Assembly (NCBI RefSeq): GCF_009914755.1
Contig: NC_060940.1
DNA from: the human T2T-CHM13v2.0 reference genome, Homo sapiens
DNA: 64,000 bases
Reading direction: 5' to 3' (one strand)
Positions 1-14,019 of the stretch are shown here, piece by piece. Every line of letters begins with the position of its first letter. Position 1 is the first letter of the stretch. The position numbers and the translations under genes were made by a program. The notes beneath the pieces were generated by a model. That model saw only the letters and a list, made by a program, of their open reading frames with translations, did not search any database and was not told where the DNA came from.

Positions 1-1414
1 CTGTCAACATCATCTCCGTCCACATCAATGTCGTCATCGTCCTTATGAAAAGCCCTGGGCATCATTTTGCCCTTGAGCTGGATGTCCATGTTGGAAAAAC
101 AGCTAGTGGAAGGCGTGCCCAAATCTCAGAAGTTGGCGTTTCCTTGCAGATATCATTGGTGGCCATTGGAGGGGAAAAAGATGCTTTGGAAACCAGGACA
201 CAGAGAAAAGTGCCTCGTATTATACAGAGCCAAGAGAGGTCACTGTGGAAGTACAGAGGAAGCCTTGGCCTAATTGCACGGTTAATACAATTCCGTAACT
301 CATCCTGCCAACACGAAGGTAGATGGACGGTCCTTATGCTCGCTGCGGAACACTGCCTGTGTTTTCCTAGGAGAGACATCTGCACTCTAGTAGTGATTAA
401 AATGCCTTTGACAGGCTCTTGCTATTAAGAGTTTCTGGCTCCAGTTTAATAAAAGGTAGTATATTATAATGGAAACCAGGTTATTATTGATAAGGACTAG
501 ACATATTAGAGACCAGGTTAAAGCTTTGATAGTCCCAAATGCAAGGGGAGGGAGCTAAGGGTTATTGCAAACCTACTGTGTGTCAATTGCTCTACCAGAC
601 ACCTCAGAGACATCACAGCCAAAGACCCCCACCTTTGAATAAACCAAGTTTGGCCTCTCTGATATATTAATATATTTAATCATCAGACTTTCAGTGTTAA
701 AGGAGATTACAGTAGAGGCATCCAGTTGATTGGGGAATAGTTGTTGCAAATGATAAGCTCTTTTGAATAAACTGATACTGACTTAATGAGGTTCTGCTGT
801 GTACTATCTTTTTTTTCCTAATAGAAAATAGAGTAGCTGCCCTCCCCATCCGCCATTCTCAGTCCTTTTGCTTACTAGTAATGACCCTCTTTTCTCTCAC
901 TCCATGGGAACTTTTAAAACTGATAATTAATGGATTTTTAGCCTCAAGTTTCTGGAATTCTAAGAGGGCCTGAAAGGTAAGTGCTCACTTACTGAGGTGT
1001 GTGAACAAAAACAGGCAACCTAGCTCAGCAAGTAAGAATGGAGTGGCATCTCCCCACCTGCTCTGGAGTCATGTGTTTGCTTCTGGAAGGGAGGCAAGAG
1101 GCATTCAACCTCCTGTTAATTTGGTTGCTCCTTCAGATACGCTCTTCATGGTACAGCCCTGAGCTGCATCATTTAAAGACCAATTGTTAAGGACCAATCT
1201 GAGGGCCTGTGCATTAGTTAAAACTCCTTATCTGGTCATAGAGGGTGGTGTGGTTTGGACGCGTTCCCCTTGTCTGTGCAATTCCCAACAGAGGCAACTG
1301 CGCATTTGAGACAGGTTGAGGGTTCAAGCTGTCCAATCCCTGCTCATCTGCAGCACACCGAGGAATGTGGACTAATGAAAAATAAACTGCATGCATGCAA
1401 TGCCCATCACGCTG

Positions 1415-1820
1415 CCTGCATTTTCTAATCTTCACAATAACTCTGTGTTGAGAAATATTCCTGTCTGTAATCCCGGCACTTTGGGAGGCTGAAGCGGGCA
1501 GATCACCTGAGGTCAGGAGTTTGAGACCAGCCTGGCCAACATGGTGAACTCCCCCCAACCAACGACCCTTCCCATATCTACTAAAAATACAAAAATTAGC
1601 TGGGCATGGTGGTGGGGACCTATAATCCCAGCTACTTGGAGGCTGATGCAGCAGAGTCTGTTGAACCCAGGAGGCAGAGGTTGCAGTGAGCCAAGACAGT
1701 GCCACTGTGTTCCAGCCTGGGCAACAAGAGTGAAACTCTGTCTCAAAAAAAAAAAAAAAATTGTTTCTGGCCCCACGTTACAGATGAGGCTTTTAAAGAT
1801 ACCCAGCCAATGGTCCACAG
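1415..1820 (-). mobile_element. MIR fragment split by the Alu at 1460-1760
   Basis: ctaatcttcacaataactctgtg ... ccccacgttacagatgagg matches the antisense MIR core on both sides of the Alu. Confidence 0.6.
1460..1760 (+). mobile_element. AluS, slightly 5'-truncated, with a ~20-nt C-rich insertion in the left arm
   Basis: ctgtaatcccggcactttgggaggc...tactaaaaatacaaaaattagc...gaaactctgtctc plus poly(A). Confidence 0.95.
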
Positions 1821-2409
1821 TGATGTAACTCATCAGTGGTCCACCTGACATTGGAAATTCGGTTGCTTTGGAACCTTCTACTACATCCCCTTTCCTTACT
1901 CACTGACATCATTCCCAGATCAAAGAAAGATAAAAGAAGGAAGGGCTGGAGACGTTGTTTTCCTGTATGCTCCTTGATGAAGGGCTCAGAGCTAAGCGCG
2001 GAGTAGGTGCTTAAGCCCTTCCATTTGAAAGGAGCTTTAAACACCTTTGGTGGCAGCTAAGAGTGTCAAAATGGAGGGATGTGTAGGGGACCTAGGGCCT
2101 GGGTAACATTGTCCCAGGCCAGGGCCTATTGTGTTGTGTGTGTCTCCACTTTCCAGCCTTTGGGAACGCAGAGGGGGACCTCTGTAATTGGTACCAGCAT
2201 CCCTTCCTTGCAGGGTCCGTCCTTCCTCTGAGTTGGGGGAAGGGGTCTCCATGGTTTCTTCTACCAGGTAGACCCAGAATCACTTTCAACTTGCTCACCT
2301 GTCTGTGCAGTGTTTGAGTTCTTCCCTGGGAAGCTTGCTCACATCATCCACTTCTCTCTGGGTTCTCCGTACCGCTTTCCCCAATCCAAGCTAAGCTCTT
2401 CTCTTAGTT

Positions 2410-2655
2410 ATTCTAATAACTGCCCAATATCAGGCACTACCCTCAACACTGTTTCCCATGGCAATTATTTTACATGACAGTTTAAAAAACAGGAATGCTC
2501 GATTTGTATTCCCATTTTGCAGACAAGCCAACGAAGGCTTGGAGGGGTTGAATGGCCCAAGTTTCCTAAGTGGCCAGGGGCAGAGTCAGGATCTGAACCC
2601 AAGACATAGGCCCAGGAGTCTGTGTTTGTTCTTTAAACCTCTCTATTCAGTTGCC
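2410..2655 (-). mobile_element. MIR
   Basis: cccattttgcagacaag...ggcagagtcaggatctgaaccca resembles antisense MIR. Confidence 0.65.
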
Positions 2656-3530
2656 CAGCTCTTTTCATTCCCTGTCCTTTCCCCCTCTGGCTGGGTCTGC
2701 CTTTCCAACCGCTACCACCTTCCACCACCATTTTTTTTTTGTTGCCTCTGCAAGCAACATCTGAAAGGCCCAGACCCAGCTTGTTGGCCTTGGGCTCTGA
2801 TAAGATCTGTCTGCACTCCTTTTGTCTGGCCTGTACCTGCCTTTTCTGAATGACCCTGTTAATTGCAATTGACTCTCATAGAATGTGGATAGCAGTGCCA
2901 CTTGACACCAGACTAATGCTTCTGACTTTTCCATGGTGCCCCAGCAGCAGGCTGGAGGGAAGGGCGGGGGCGGTCAGAGGAGAGATAGAGCACTTCAGAT
3001 TCCAATCGAATACATTAGAGCATTAGAGCTTTTCTCTTCCTCAGGGTGCTCTCTCTCTCTGGGTTGGGAGGAGATGTGGCATTTCTAGGAATTCACAGTA
3101 AAATCAGAAATAATTAGGAGATTTCACAGTTGTAGCTCCTGTGAAGATTCAGGAATTTTTTTTTTCTTCTATTTGCAAGCTTTAGTCCTAGGCATGGAAA
3201 AAGAACTTTGAAGAAAACCTGAGAGATATGAGTGTAAAACAAGAGAATGATTCCCTCTGGGGTGCTGGTAGTGGGGGCTTAATTTCCTAAAGGCTTACTG
3301 GGTATCAGGGCTGCTTTCCTTTATAATCTTTTACCCGTCTTATGGGGGATGAACAGAAACACACTTTAGTGCTAGAAAAGCTGGGCCTAAAAGACCAGTC
3401 TCCTGTCCCATACTTGGACATTTATTGTTCTTTTTGGGCAAGGTGAAAACTTGAAACCAAAAGTCTGTTGAGTTTGGAAGACTTGACTCCCAGGATGTAC
3501 AAAGTACTTCTGCATGTGCGCAAAGTCCTG

Positions 3531-3590
3531 TAGGCCCAGGCATCAATGACACATGCAGTGTGGGCCCAGGCATCGATGACACACGCAGGG
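3531..3590. repeat. 30-bp tandem duplication (2 copies, 26/30 identical)
   Basis: taggcccaggcatcaatgacacatgcagtg / tgggcccaggcatcgatgacacacgcaggg. Confidence 0.9.
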
Positions 3591-3639
3591 AAGCAACCCA
3601 AGCTGGGTCAGTCCTTACAAGGAGACCGGCACCTGGGCT

Positions 3640-4185
<546 letters not shown>

Positions 4186-4496
4186 TGAGGATGAAGAGTA
4201 ATAGGAAGATAGAGTGGTGATCTAATGTCAACTGTGGAGGGAGTGGGAGGCAGGTGTTCGCAGGGCACAGCTGGTTTCCTTTTTGAATCCCACACAGTGC
4301 TGGGGCAGTTTCATAGCCTGTGACCACACAGATAGGAAAGTGACACAGCAACACCAGGCAGATTCATTTTCTTTAAATGAGGGGTTCAAAATAGAAACAC
4401 AAAGCATTGAGTATTGAGAAGAAATGGATCTTCAGGTTTGGAGGGAGGCCGATAGAGAGTGTCTGGAGTTGCCAACGTCCTCTCCTTGGGTCATGG

Positions 4497-4558
4497 GTGT
4501 GTGTGTGTGTGTTTTCTTCTTGTTGTTGGGTTTTTTTTTTTTTTTTTTTTTTTTTTTT
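4497..4558. repeat. (TG)n plus T28 simple repeat
   Basis: gtgtgtgtgtgtgtgt followed by a long poly(T). Confidence 0.9.
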
Positions 4559-4837
4559 GGCTTTTGCGCCTATGGTGACTTTTAGCGAATGGATACTATT
4601 GAAGGAATGTTTCACTTCCAAATCCAGATCTCTGACTTCCCTTGAAAATTTGGAGTGCCACTCAAGTCGGCCGCTCTGAGCTAGAATCCTGGTGATCAGA
4701 ATTGGCAGGAAGGGCACAGGGGCAAGGTATAGGCTCACGTCTCCACATTCTGCACCTCCCAGGCTCCTGCCATTGATGTGAGCGGGTTCCTGTACTGCAT
4801 GAAGCAGGGGTTTGCATCCGAAACAACCACCCGTGCT

Positions 4838-5347
<510 letters not shown>

Positions 5348-5599
5348 TTACTGTAACATAGAACAGCTGAAACACTCCTCAAAGCTGAGAGGAGGGTTTG
5401 GGAGAGAAGCAGGCTGTGGTTGTGAACAGGTGCCTCCTCCAAAAAAATTCTCTTCCTTGGATTTCAAAATGACCCCCGTTGACAACAAAGCCTTTCACGC
5501 TGTGTTTATTTTTTTTCAGGTCTAAGTTTCCCCCAGGAGATTTTTTTTTTCTAAAGGAAAAGGCAGAGAAGCCCCCAGACCGGAGCCACAATCAAATGC

Positions 5600-6500
5600 A
5601 AATATGACAATAGGACCCATCCTGGAGAGAAAAAGCCTTCTTTTTAATTAGAAGCCTGGAAGGACATACCCTTTAATTGCTGCACTTGTAGTGTCAGGGT
5701 TATCAATATCCGTGGCTCTTTCATTAATAAACTGGCGAGTCAGAAAGCAGCAGGAGTGGGAACCTCTCCCCACGCAATCCCCTCTCACGCCCCAAGCTCT
5801 ATTTAATCAACTGCAGACTCAATCAAATGGGGAAAAGAACATGTAAATCAGCTCATTCATTCTGCTGGCCCTAAATAGGTAGAAGGAAGGGAAACATGAA
5901 AGGGAGCCTTCATCTGTTTTCCTGCAGATGCCCGGCTCGTGGTTAACCCAAGCAAGAGGTAGTTAAACGGCCCCGCAGATTGCCAGTGACTCCGGGAATG
6001 CCTAGGTTTATGTATGGATTAACACAGTGATAGACCCTGAGTAGCAAAAGACGAAGACTAATTACCTGACAGAGCTCCCCTCCACTCGCCTGGGTCATTG
6101 AAATTAATTTCTGCTTTCAAGCTTGGCAGAAAGCAGCTGCAGAATTTCAGTTCAATACTTAAATTAACGGGGAGCCGAAATTATTTCTGTGCACAGGCAG
6201 TATTAGAGGAGTGGCTTACCAAATAGATCTTGATCGCAGACACGGAAAAAAGGATTATTCCTCCCCTTTTATCAAGAGCCGTAAGTCCTTGGAAAATGCA
6301 AAGAGGGGGAAAAAGAAGAAAAACAGCAACGAGTTTATTGGAGAGTTAACACTTAAATACTCCAGTACATTGAGTGTGACATGCCTGTGTAGGAGACTGT
6401 CTGTCCCCCAAATAATTGACAATTTCTCTCCATCTAACAAGAAAATATATGGCACTTTTATATATACTTGAATTGGAATCCCTAATCCAGAGATAATTTG
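5600..6500. promoter_or_regulatory. Putative conserved non-coding element / enhancer
   Basis: Repeat-free block with several TAAT/ATTA cores, TAATTA 6059-6064 next to TGACAG 6067-6072, and retained CpGs. Function is inferred. Confidence 0.4.
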
Positions 6501-7169
6501 TGAATATCCATTCTATAGCATCCCATGTTGTCAAGAAGGTGTTGACTTACTGCAAGGTTAAGGAAATGGGTGGAGAATGTAGGGAGGAGGTGGAGGATAA
6601 AGGATAGGACTAGGAATCAGAGTTGGGATTTGAACCCAGGGCTTCTGTCTCCAGATTCCTTGTTCTGTCCCTTTATGCTGACTTTCCTTTTTTGCTCAAA
6701 GTCTCTCTCCTTGCTTCTTTCTCTTTGGGCTCCCTGCTTTTATTTCGGCCCTGATGGAATCTGTCGACTTTACTGAGCTCCATGTATGTGCACCAGGTCA
6801 GATTCAATGCTGCCTAGGTCCACAGTCCTCAGTTATTTGTTCCTGTGATTTTCGCGCCACCAGGAGCCACTTGTTGGATGAGATTTCCGGGCAAGTTGAG
6901 TCTCCATGTTTTTGTCGTGGGCTACTGCCAGCTGAGATATGGATGAAGACTCCCTTTCATGTTTCCCTTCTTTGGTGTCCATGGCAGTTCCCACCTCGAC
7001 CGCTATGGTATTTCTTTTGCTTCTGCTGAGGCTGTGTGTGGGTGCACATCAGGATACCTCAGTGGGGAACTCAGGGCGTGAGGCACACTCATGACAGATG
7101 CAGGAAAAACATCTCTTTTCTAACTGTCCAGCTCTTTAGGATTAGGCAATACTTTAATAATCAACCAAA

Positions 7170-7352
7170 TTCTGGAATCCTACTGCCAAATTATGGCACT
7201 CATCCTACTTGGTGTAAAATCCTGGGATGATAGCTTATAATAGTAATAATAAGACCTGCTTCCCGGTGATTCTCTGAGGATTAAATCAGTTCATGGAGAT
7301 GAAATACTTAAACTGTGCCTGGCACAAAGTAAATGTTAGTGCTACTATTATC
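7170..7352 (+). mobile_element. MIR
   Basis: tgaggattaaatcagttcatgg...ctgtgcctggcacaaagtaaatgttagtgctactattat. Confidence 0.7.
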
Positions 7353-7549
7353 CCTGCTGCTGTTAACCCCAACTAGATAAGCCAAGATAAGGTGCTCTCC
7401 ATTGTTTACCTGAACAGGCAGAAAAGCTCTATGCAGCTATCCAGACCCAAGAGGATCCGACAGCTCTGGAACTTGTAATATTTGCAGCATGTCTTGCCCT
7501 CTTAATGTCTAAGAAGTCAAAAAAGGACACGTATGCCTAGAAAACATGA

Positions 7550-7765
7550 ATAATTATCATCTATCAAATTTTTACCATGTGCCAAGCATAGTCATATTTG
7601 GCTAACGAAAACAACAAAATCAACCGTGACAAGGTTTTATTAGTAATGAAACTGAGGCTTCTGGAGGATCTGTAACTGTTGCAAATTTCCAGTGGCTAGT
7701 TCAGGGACAGTGCCGGGGCTTGAACCCCTGTCTCTGTGTCTCCCAGCTCATAAGGTGTGCTACCA
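7550..7765 (-). mobile_element. MIR
   Basis: taccatgtgccaagcat...gaaactgaggc...ggggcttgaacccc. Confidence 0.65.
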
Positions 7766-8244
7766 AGTCACCCATGAGTAGCAATTAGGCGACTTCTAAC
7801 ATGTCCAGCTTTAAACCTGTGACCTCAAGGCAAATGACTTCCACATCTCATTAGCACTCCCCAGAGCCTTCCAGCCCCCTGTAGGAGAGGGAGGTTAATC
7901 AGCCACGCGCTGAATCTGCTTATAAGGCTGTTTCATGTATGATTTTTATATCTTGGCTCCTAATAATGGCCCCGTTGTAAATGATTGTCTCACTATGATA
8001 TACGGGTTCCTTACCTTCTAGGAACTGATTTAAAAGGAAGCCCTAGACTTCTTGTGCCTGTAGAGTTTATTCATATCACTCTTTGCTTGCTCAGCAGTTG
8101 AAATGGGATGGAGGAAAGCCCCCTAACTCCAAAAAAAAAAAAAAACTTTCTTCCCAGCCTGAGACAGTTGCCATAATTAGTAACCTGCAGCTCCCTTGAT
8201 ATCTTGATGATACTTTATTAAAACAAACAAACAACAAAAAACAC

Positions 8245-8560
<316 letters not shown>

Positions 8561-8764
8561 CTACTTCTCCCTGTCCTCCCCACCCTAAGCATCTGATCAG
8601 ACAGGTAGTGCTGGTGGACAGATGGACAGACACCTACCCCATATGTCACCTCCCTCCTCTATGCAAACAAAAATTTTAATTATTTCTAGAATGACTTAGG
8701 AGAGCAAGTCATGTGGGATATATAGCGTCAGGGAGCGTATTTTCAAACCAAAAACCTGGGCCCT

Positions 8765-9103
<339 letters not shown>

Positions 9104-9706
9104 TGACTATTATGAGTCAGGCTTAAGAATACACTAGTAGGTACAGCAGGAGAGCATGTAGAAGAGGATAGATGTAGAAAATCGGGACGGCATGTTAGGA
9201 ATATAGATAGGAATTACTAAGGAAAATTGTATTTTTGTGGAATTCTTTGAACTCGTTACTATTAGTAAACGGTGAGTTTTGGTTCTACTCTTCAATGAGT
9301 TTAAGATGAAGGAAATCATTAAATAGTGCTTTCTTTTCTTCAAAAGTTGGGTTGCATTGCATAGTTAAAGTTCTTTAAATTCTTCTCTAAACCCCAAGGC
9401 TAAGCAATATACAATCTAGTTACAATGGTCTGCTTGCTGTTACCAGAATCTGTCAAGCTCTTTCCTATCGAAGGGTTTTTTCCATGTACTGGTTTCTCTC
9501 CTGCGTGGTCTTGTTCTACCCTTGAGGAGGGTACCACCTCCTCATTGCTTAGTTGTCAGTATAAATGCTCCTTTCTCAGAGAGGCCCATCCTGACCATCT
9601 GTGTTTTTTTCCTATCAATGCTTTAACAAATGACCACCCATGGGTGGCTTACATACCATGAATGTCTTCTCTTACCATTCTGGAGGTCAAAAGTCCAAAA
9701 TGGGTC

Positions 9707-10105
9707 TGTCTTAGTCCTTTTGTGTTGCTATAAAGGAATGCCTGAGCTGGGTCATTTACAAAGGAAGGAAATTTATTTGTCTCATGTTTCTGCAGGATGT
9801 CCAAGAAGCATGGTGCCAATGTATTTCTGATGAGGGCGTCAGGCAGCTTCTACTCATGGTGGAAAGTGAAGGGGAGCCAGCATGTTCAGAGAACATATAG
9901 GGAGAAAGGGAGCAAGAGAGGGGAGGGGAGGTGCCAGAGACTTTAAAAGAACCAACTCTCTGGGAACAAATAGAGGGAGAACATTAATCTAGCCATGAGG
10001 GATCCACCCCCGTAACCTAGACTCCTGTCATCAGCCACGGCCTCCAACATTGGAGATCAAATTTCAACATGAGATTTGGAAGCAACAGACATCCAAACTA
10101 TAGCA
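9707..10105 (-). mobile_element. MSTB-like MaLR solo LTR
   Basis: TG...CA termini (tgtcttagtcc...catccaaactatagca) with a perfect 5-bp TSD GGGTC at 9702-9706 and 10106-10110. Confidence 0.9.
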
Positions 10106-10479
10106 GGGTCTCCTTGGGCCAAAATCAAGGTGTTGGCAGGGCTGGGCTCTGGGGGCTTCTGGGGAGAATTTGTTCTGACTTTTTCGATTTCTGGAGGCCA
10201 CCTGTGTTCCTTGGCTGGTGGCCACATCTTCCATCCTTAAAACCAGCAGTGCAGCGTCTTCAATTCTGTCCCTGGCTCTGCTCCTTCTCTCCCCCTCCTC
10301 TCCCCCTTTGTCATCTTTTTAGGTTTATTTGTGACCTTTTAGATCCTTTGTGACTGCATTGGTCTTCCTTGGGTAACTGCGCATACTCTCCTCATGTCAA
10401 GAACTTACATCCCTCTACAAAGTCCCATCTGCCATGCCAAATAACACCTTTGCAGGTTTCAGGGTAGAGCATGGATGCC

Positions 10480-10617
10480 TTTTGATTTTGATTTGGTTGT
10501 TTTTGGTAGAGATGATATCTTGCTCTATTGCCAGGCTGATCTCGGACTCCTGGGCTCCATCAATCCTCTTGCTTCCCAAAGTGCTGGGATTATAGGTGTG
10601 AGCCAGTACACTTGGCC
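10480..10617 (-). mobile_element. FLAM (Alu left monomer)
   Basis: T-rich tail, gtagagatg...cccaaagtgctgggattataggtgtgagcc; single monomer. Confidence 0.85.
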
Positions 10618-10739
10618 TTTTGGCACCATTATTCTGCCTGCCATCCTGTCCTAACTAAAGAAAGTAAGGTCCCTCCATCCTCCATCTTAGCCCTTCTTTC
10701 CTTAGCCTCCTAACACTCAACGCAATTTATATATTTTAA

Positions 10740-11025
10740 TTTTTTTTTTGAGACAAAGTTTCACTCTGTCACCCAGGCTGGGGTGCAGTGGCGTGATCTT
10801 AGCTCACTGCATCCCCTGTCTCCCGGATTCAAGCAATTCTCTGGCCTCAGCCTCTCTGGTAGCTGGAATTACACGTATGTACCACTACTCCCGGCTAATT
10901 TTTGTCTTTTTAGTAGAGACTAGGTTTCACCATGTTGGCCAAGCTGATCTCAAACTCCTGACCTCAGGTGATCCGCCCTACTGGGCCTCCCGTAGTGATA
11001 GGATTACAGGCCATTGTGCCTGGCG
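10740..11025 (-). mobile_element. AluS
   Basis: Dimeric antisense Alu; TSD tatatattttaa. Confidence 0.95.
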
Positions 11026-11169
11026 TATATATTTTAAATTTTATTTTTCAGTTTACTTGGTTTTGCCTCCTTCTAGAACTAGAACATAAGCTCTCTGAAG
11101 TCAGGGACCATGCCTAGAATCGCCTTCCTTTTATCTCCCATCAGCCGAAACTAACTCTGCTGTGTCACG

Positions 11170-11610
11170 CTGTGTTAGGCTGTGTTGGCTGTGAGTAAGA
11201 GAAGTCTCACCCAACTAGCTGAAGCGAGGTGGGTTGGAGGGGGGATGCCTTGTGGAAGTGACAACTCTAGGCACGTAACTGGCTCAGACTCTGCTGGGCC
11301 CAGATATACAGATGTCATCAAGAGTCTTTCTCTTCCTTTTGAGCCCAGCTCTCCCTTTGTGACCCAGCAACTTCCTTCCCCGATGATGGCCAAGCCTTGA
11401 GGATGTGAAACTGCCCAGTGCCCCAATCTGGAGTCCACCATCCTGGGTCTAGCTGGGGACATCCTTGAATCAGCCTCTGGGAATCACTGAACCAACATGA
11501 GTCACTTGCTACTGTGAGATCTCAGAACACATGGATCAGGACAGAGGGCAGGGCTGTTTCCCCAAGGAAATCCAAATGCTTTACAGGAAGGGGAGTGGAT
11601 GCTGGCCCGG
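11170..11610 (-). mobile_element. Old MaLR LTR (MLT1K-like)
   Basis: ttccccaaggaaatccaaatgctttacaggaaggggagtggatgctgg end, and ggctgtgagtaagagaagtctcacccaactagct start. Confidence 0.6.
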
Positions 11611-11911
11611 CCCAGGCGAGGATGAGGAGTAACTGAGCTGCAGACCATTGTTTAGCCCTCCTTCCACCTGGGAGACTGGCTGCTGGTTCTCATTGCTTCT
11701 GTGGGTCTCCAGGTTTCTATCATTACACAGATTAGCACACGGTTCCATGATCATGGACCCGTTCAGTACACAATGAAATCATTTGCAAAGCACCTTGGGG
11801 TCTGTTAGAGAAGGGAATGGATGTCTGAGGTATGCTAAGCCTAATCTCCATCTTCTCAAAGCTCCACTGCCACTGTCCCGTAAGGGTGGGCAGATTCCTC
11901 CCCATTCTATA

Positions 11912-12095
11912 AAATAACAGCTACCATTTCCTGAGGGCATACTGAGTGCTGACAGGCACATCAACATCAGACCATCACCTTCTTATACCTCAAAATAGTC
12001 TGCAGGGTGACTCAGAAGCTCCTGGCTGGTAAGTGGCAGATCCAGAGATGAAACCCAGATCTAACTGGACCCAAGACAGAAATTTCTAGAACAGA
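11912..12095 (-). mobile_element. MIR
   Basis: ataacagctaccatttcctgagggcatact...gctggtaagtggcagatccagagatgaaacccag. Confidence 0.7.
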
Positions 12096-12761
12096 AGCCA
12101 CAAACGTGTTAGCTAAGTCTGGTTATGTCAAGTGGAATATTTCTGGCTTTGGGGGATCCCAGCTCTTTTTTTCTCTCTCACTCTGAGTATTTAGAGGCTT
12201 TTATTGCTATTTTTCTAAAAGGCAACATTAGTAATCAACTTTGCCAAAAATTTCATATGAACGGTGGGCTTTTCTTTCTCATTTGCTTTCGCTTAGTATT
12301 TTCCATTATTCATTTGGCTTCTTGAACCCTCCCTATCTGTACCCCACACTTACTCTTATTCACCCAGAACAGGTGTGTGCCACCTTGGAGAAGATGAAGC
12401 CAGAGAGAAAATCAGTCAGACAGGAATTATGTTGAAAGGTGACTGAATACATTACCACCTCCCAGGAGTTGAATGAAAAACGGCTATTTCTTTAGGACGT
12501 CAAACCACCTTTTTCCTCTCTAATTCATGCATATCCCTATACAAAGACCCAAGGTGGTGAGGGGCTGGTTTTTAGATAGTCTGGAGGCCCTCTGAGAATG
12601 CGAGGCCCTTGTTGTAAGGAAACGCTGGTGGGTGCTCACTCCTTCATCAGGAGCCAGCCGGCTCCCCTGCACTTACTGCTTTGGGGAAGAGTTTTTGTCA
12701 AGATCATTTTTGCAGATGGTTGTAAGGTAAACAGTCACTGGTCCCTAGGATATCTTGCTAA

Positions 12762-13191
12762 TGAGACACCAAAGATACACATGGACAATGGCCAGACCAT
12801 ATTTTGTCACAGAATGCCGACCCACAAGCTCTGGAGCAGTCAACTCAGAATGGTCAGGACTTGGTCAGTAATGCCCATTTTTGCTAAATTTTGTCCCCAC
12901 TTCCAACGCAGGACCAACCAGAGAAAGCCACATATGCTCCCCAAACCAATCATACAGGATGTCCTGGTCTAGGGAGCCCACCTCCGGCTTCCCCATGTCC
13001 ACAGCCTCCAATCGGAGCATACTGGAAGTCATCCACTTTCTTTTTTGTTTAACCATAAAGCTTTCTTTCTCTCCACCTCCTTTGAGCCTCTGCCAAACAC
13101 AACTGATGGTGGCTGACTGCCTGGCTGCAGGAAGTTCTGAATAAGTGACCTCTATTTGTTATTATTTGGGTTCCCTTTGTTTATTTTTACA
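12762..13191 (+). mobile_element. ERV1 solo LTR, MER34 family
   Basis: aatggtcaggacttggtcag...ggaccaaccagagaaagccacatatgctccccaaaccaatca; TG...CA ends; near-TSD ctaa/ctag. Confidence 0.75.
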
Positions 13192-13269
13192 CTAGCTTTG
13201 CACTAGGTTAATTTTTTCCCACATGGCTTTTCCTGTTTGTTTCTTTGATTGTTTTTAATTAATAATTAG

Positions 13270-13588
<319 letters not shown>

Positions 13589-13589
13589 T

Positions 13590-13880
13590 GTTTTTAATTT
13601 TTTTAGAGACAGAGTTTCACACTGTTTACCAGATTGGAGTGCAGTGGTGCAATCCTAGCTTACTGCAGCCTGTAGGTCCCGGGCTCAAGCGATCTTCCCA
13701 CCTCTGCCACTTGAATAGGTGGGACTACAGGTGGGTACCACCATACCCAGCTGTTGAAAAAAAAATGGTGGGGTATTACTCTGTTGCCCAGGCTGGTGTT
13801 GAACTCCTGGCCTCAAGCGATCCTCCTGCCTCGGCCTCCCAAAGTGCTGGGATTACAGGCTTGAGCTACTTCCCCAGGCT
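13590..13880 (-). mobile_element. AluJ
   Basis: gggctcaagcgatcttcccacc...ggcctcaagcgatcctcctgcc (J-type). Confidence 0.9.
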
Positions 13881-14019
13881 CTTCCCCCGTTTGTTAATAC
13901 ATACCATGACCTTGGCCTTTCCCACCTCTTAGGTTTTGCTTACTTTCCCTTCTGTCCTTTACTTATGACTCTGCCCCCTTTTGACCTCTGCTAAAATTAT
14001 TTGTTACTGTTGTTATGTT

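Larger units (their letters stand above)
9600..10645 (-). mobile_element. MLT1D-like MaLR solo LTR (interrupted twice)
   Basis: ttctggaggtcaaaagtccaaaatgggtc | tccttgggccaaaatcaaggtgttggcagggctg ... ccattattctgcctgcca. Confidence 0.8.
9450..11150 (+). mobile_element. L2 3' region fragmented by MLT1D, MSTB, FLAM and Alu insertions
   Basis: aaatgctcctttctcagagaggcccatcctgacca (ends ~9598) resumes ~10650 and at 11030 (actagaacataagctctctgaagtcagggacc). Confidence 0.65.
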
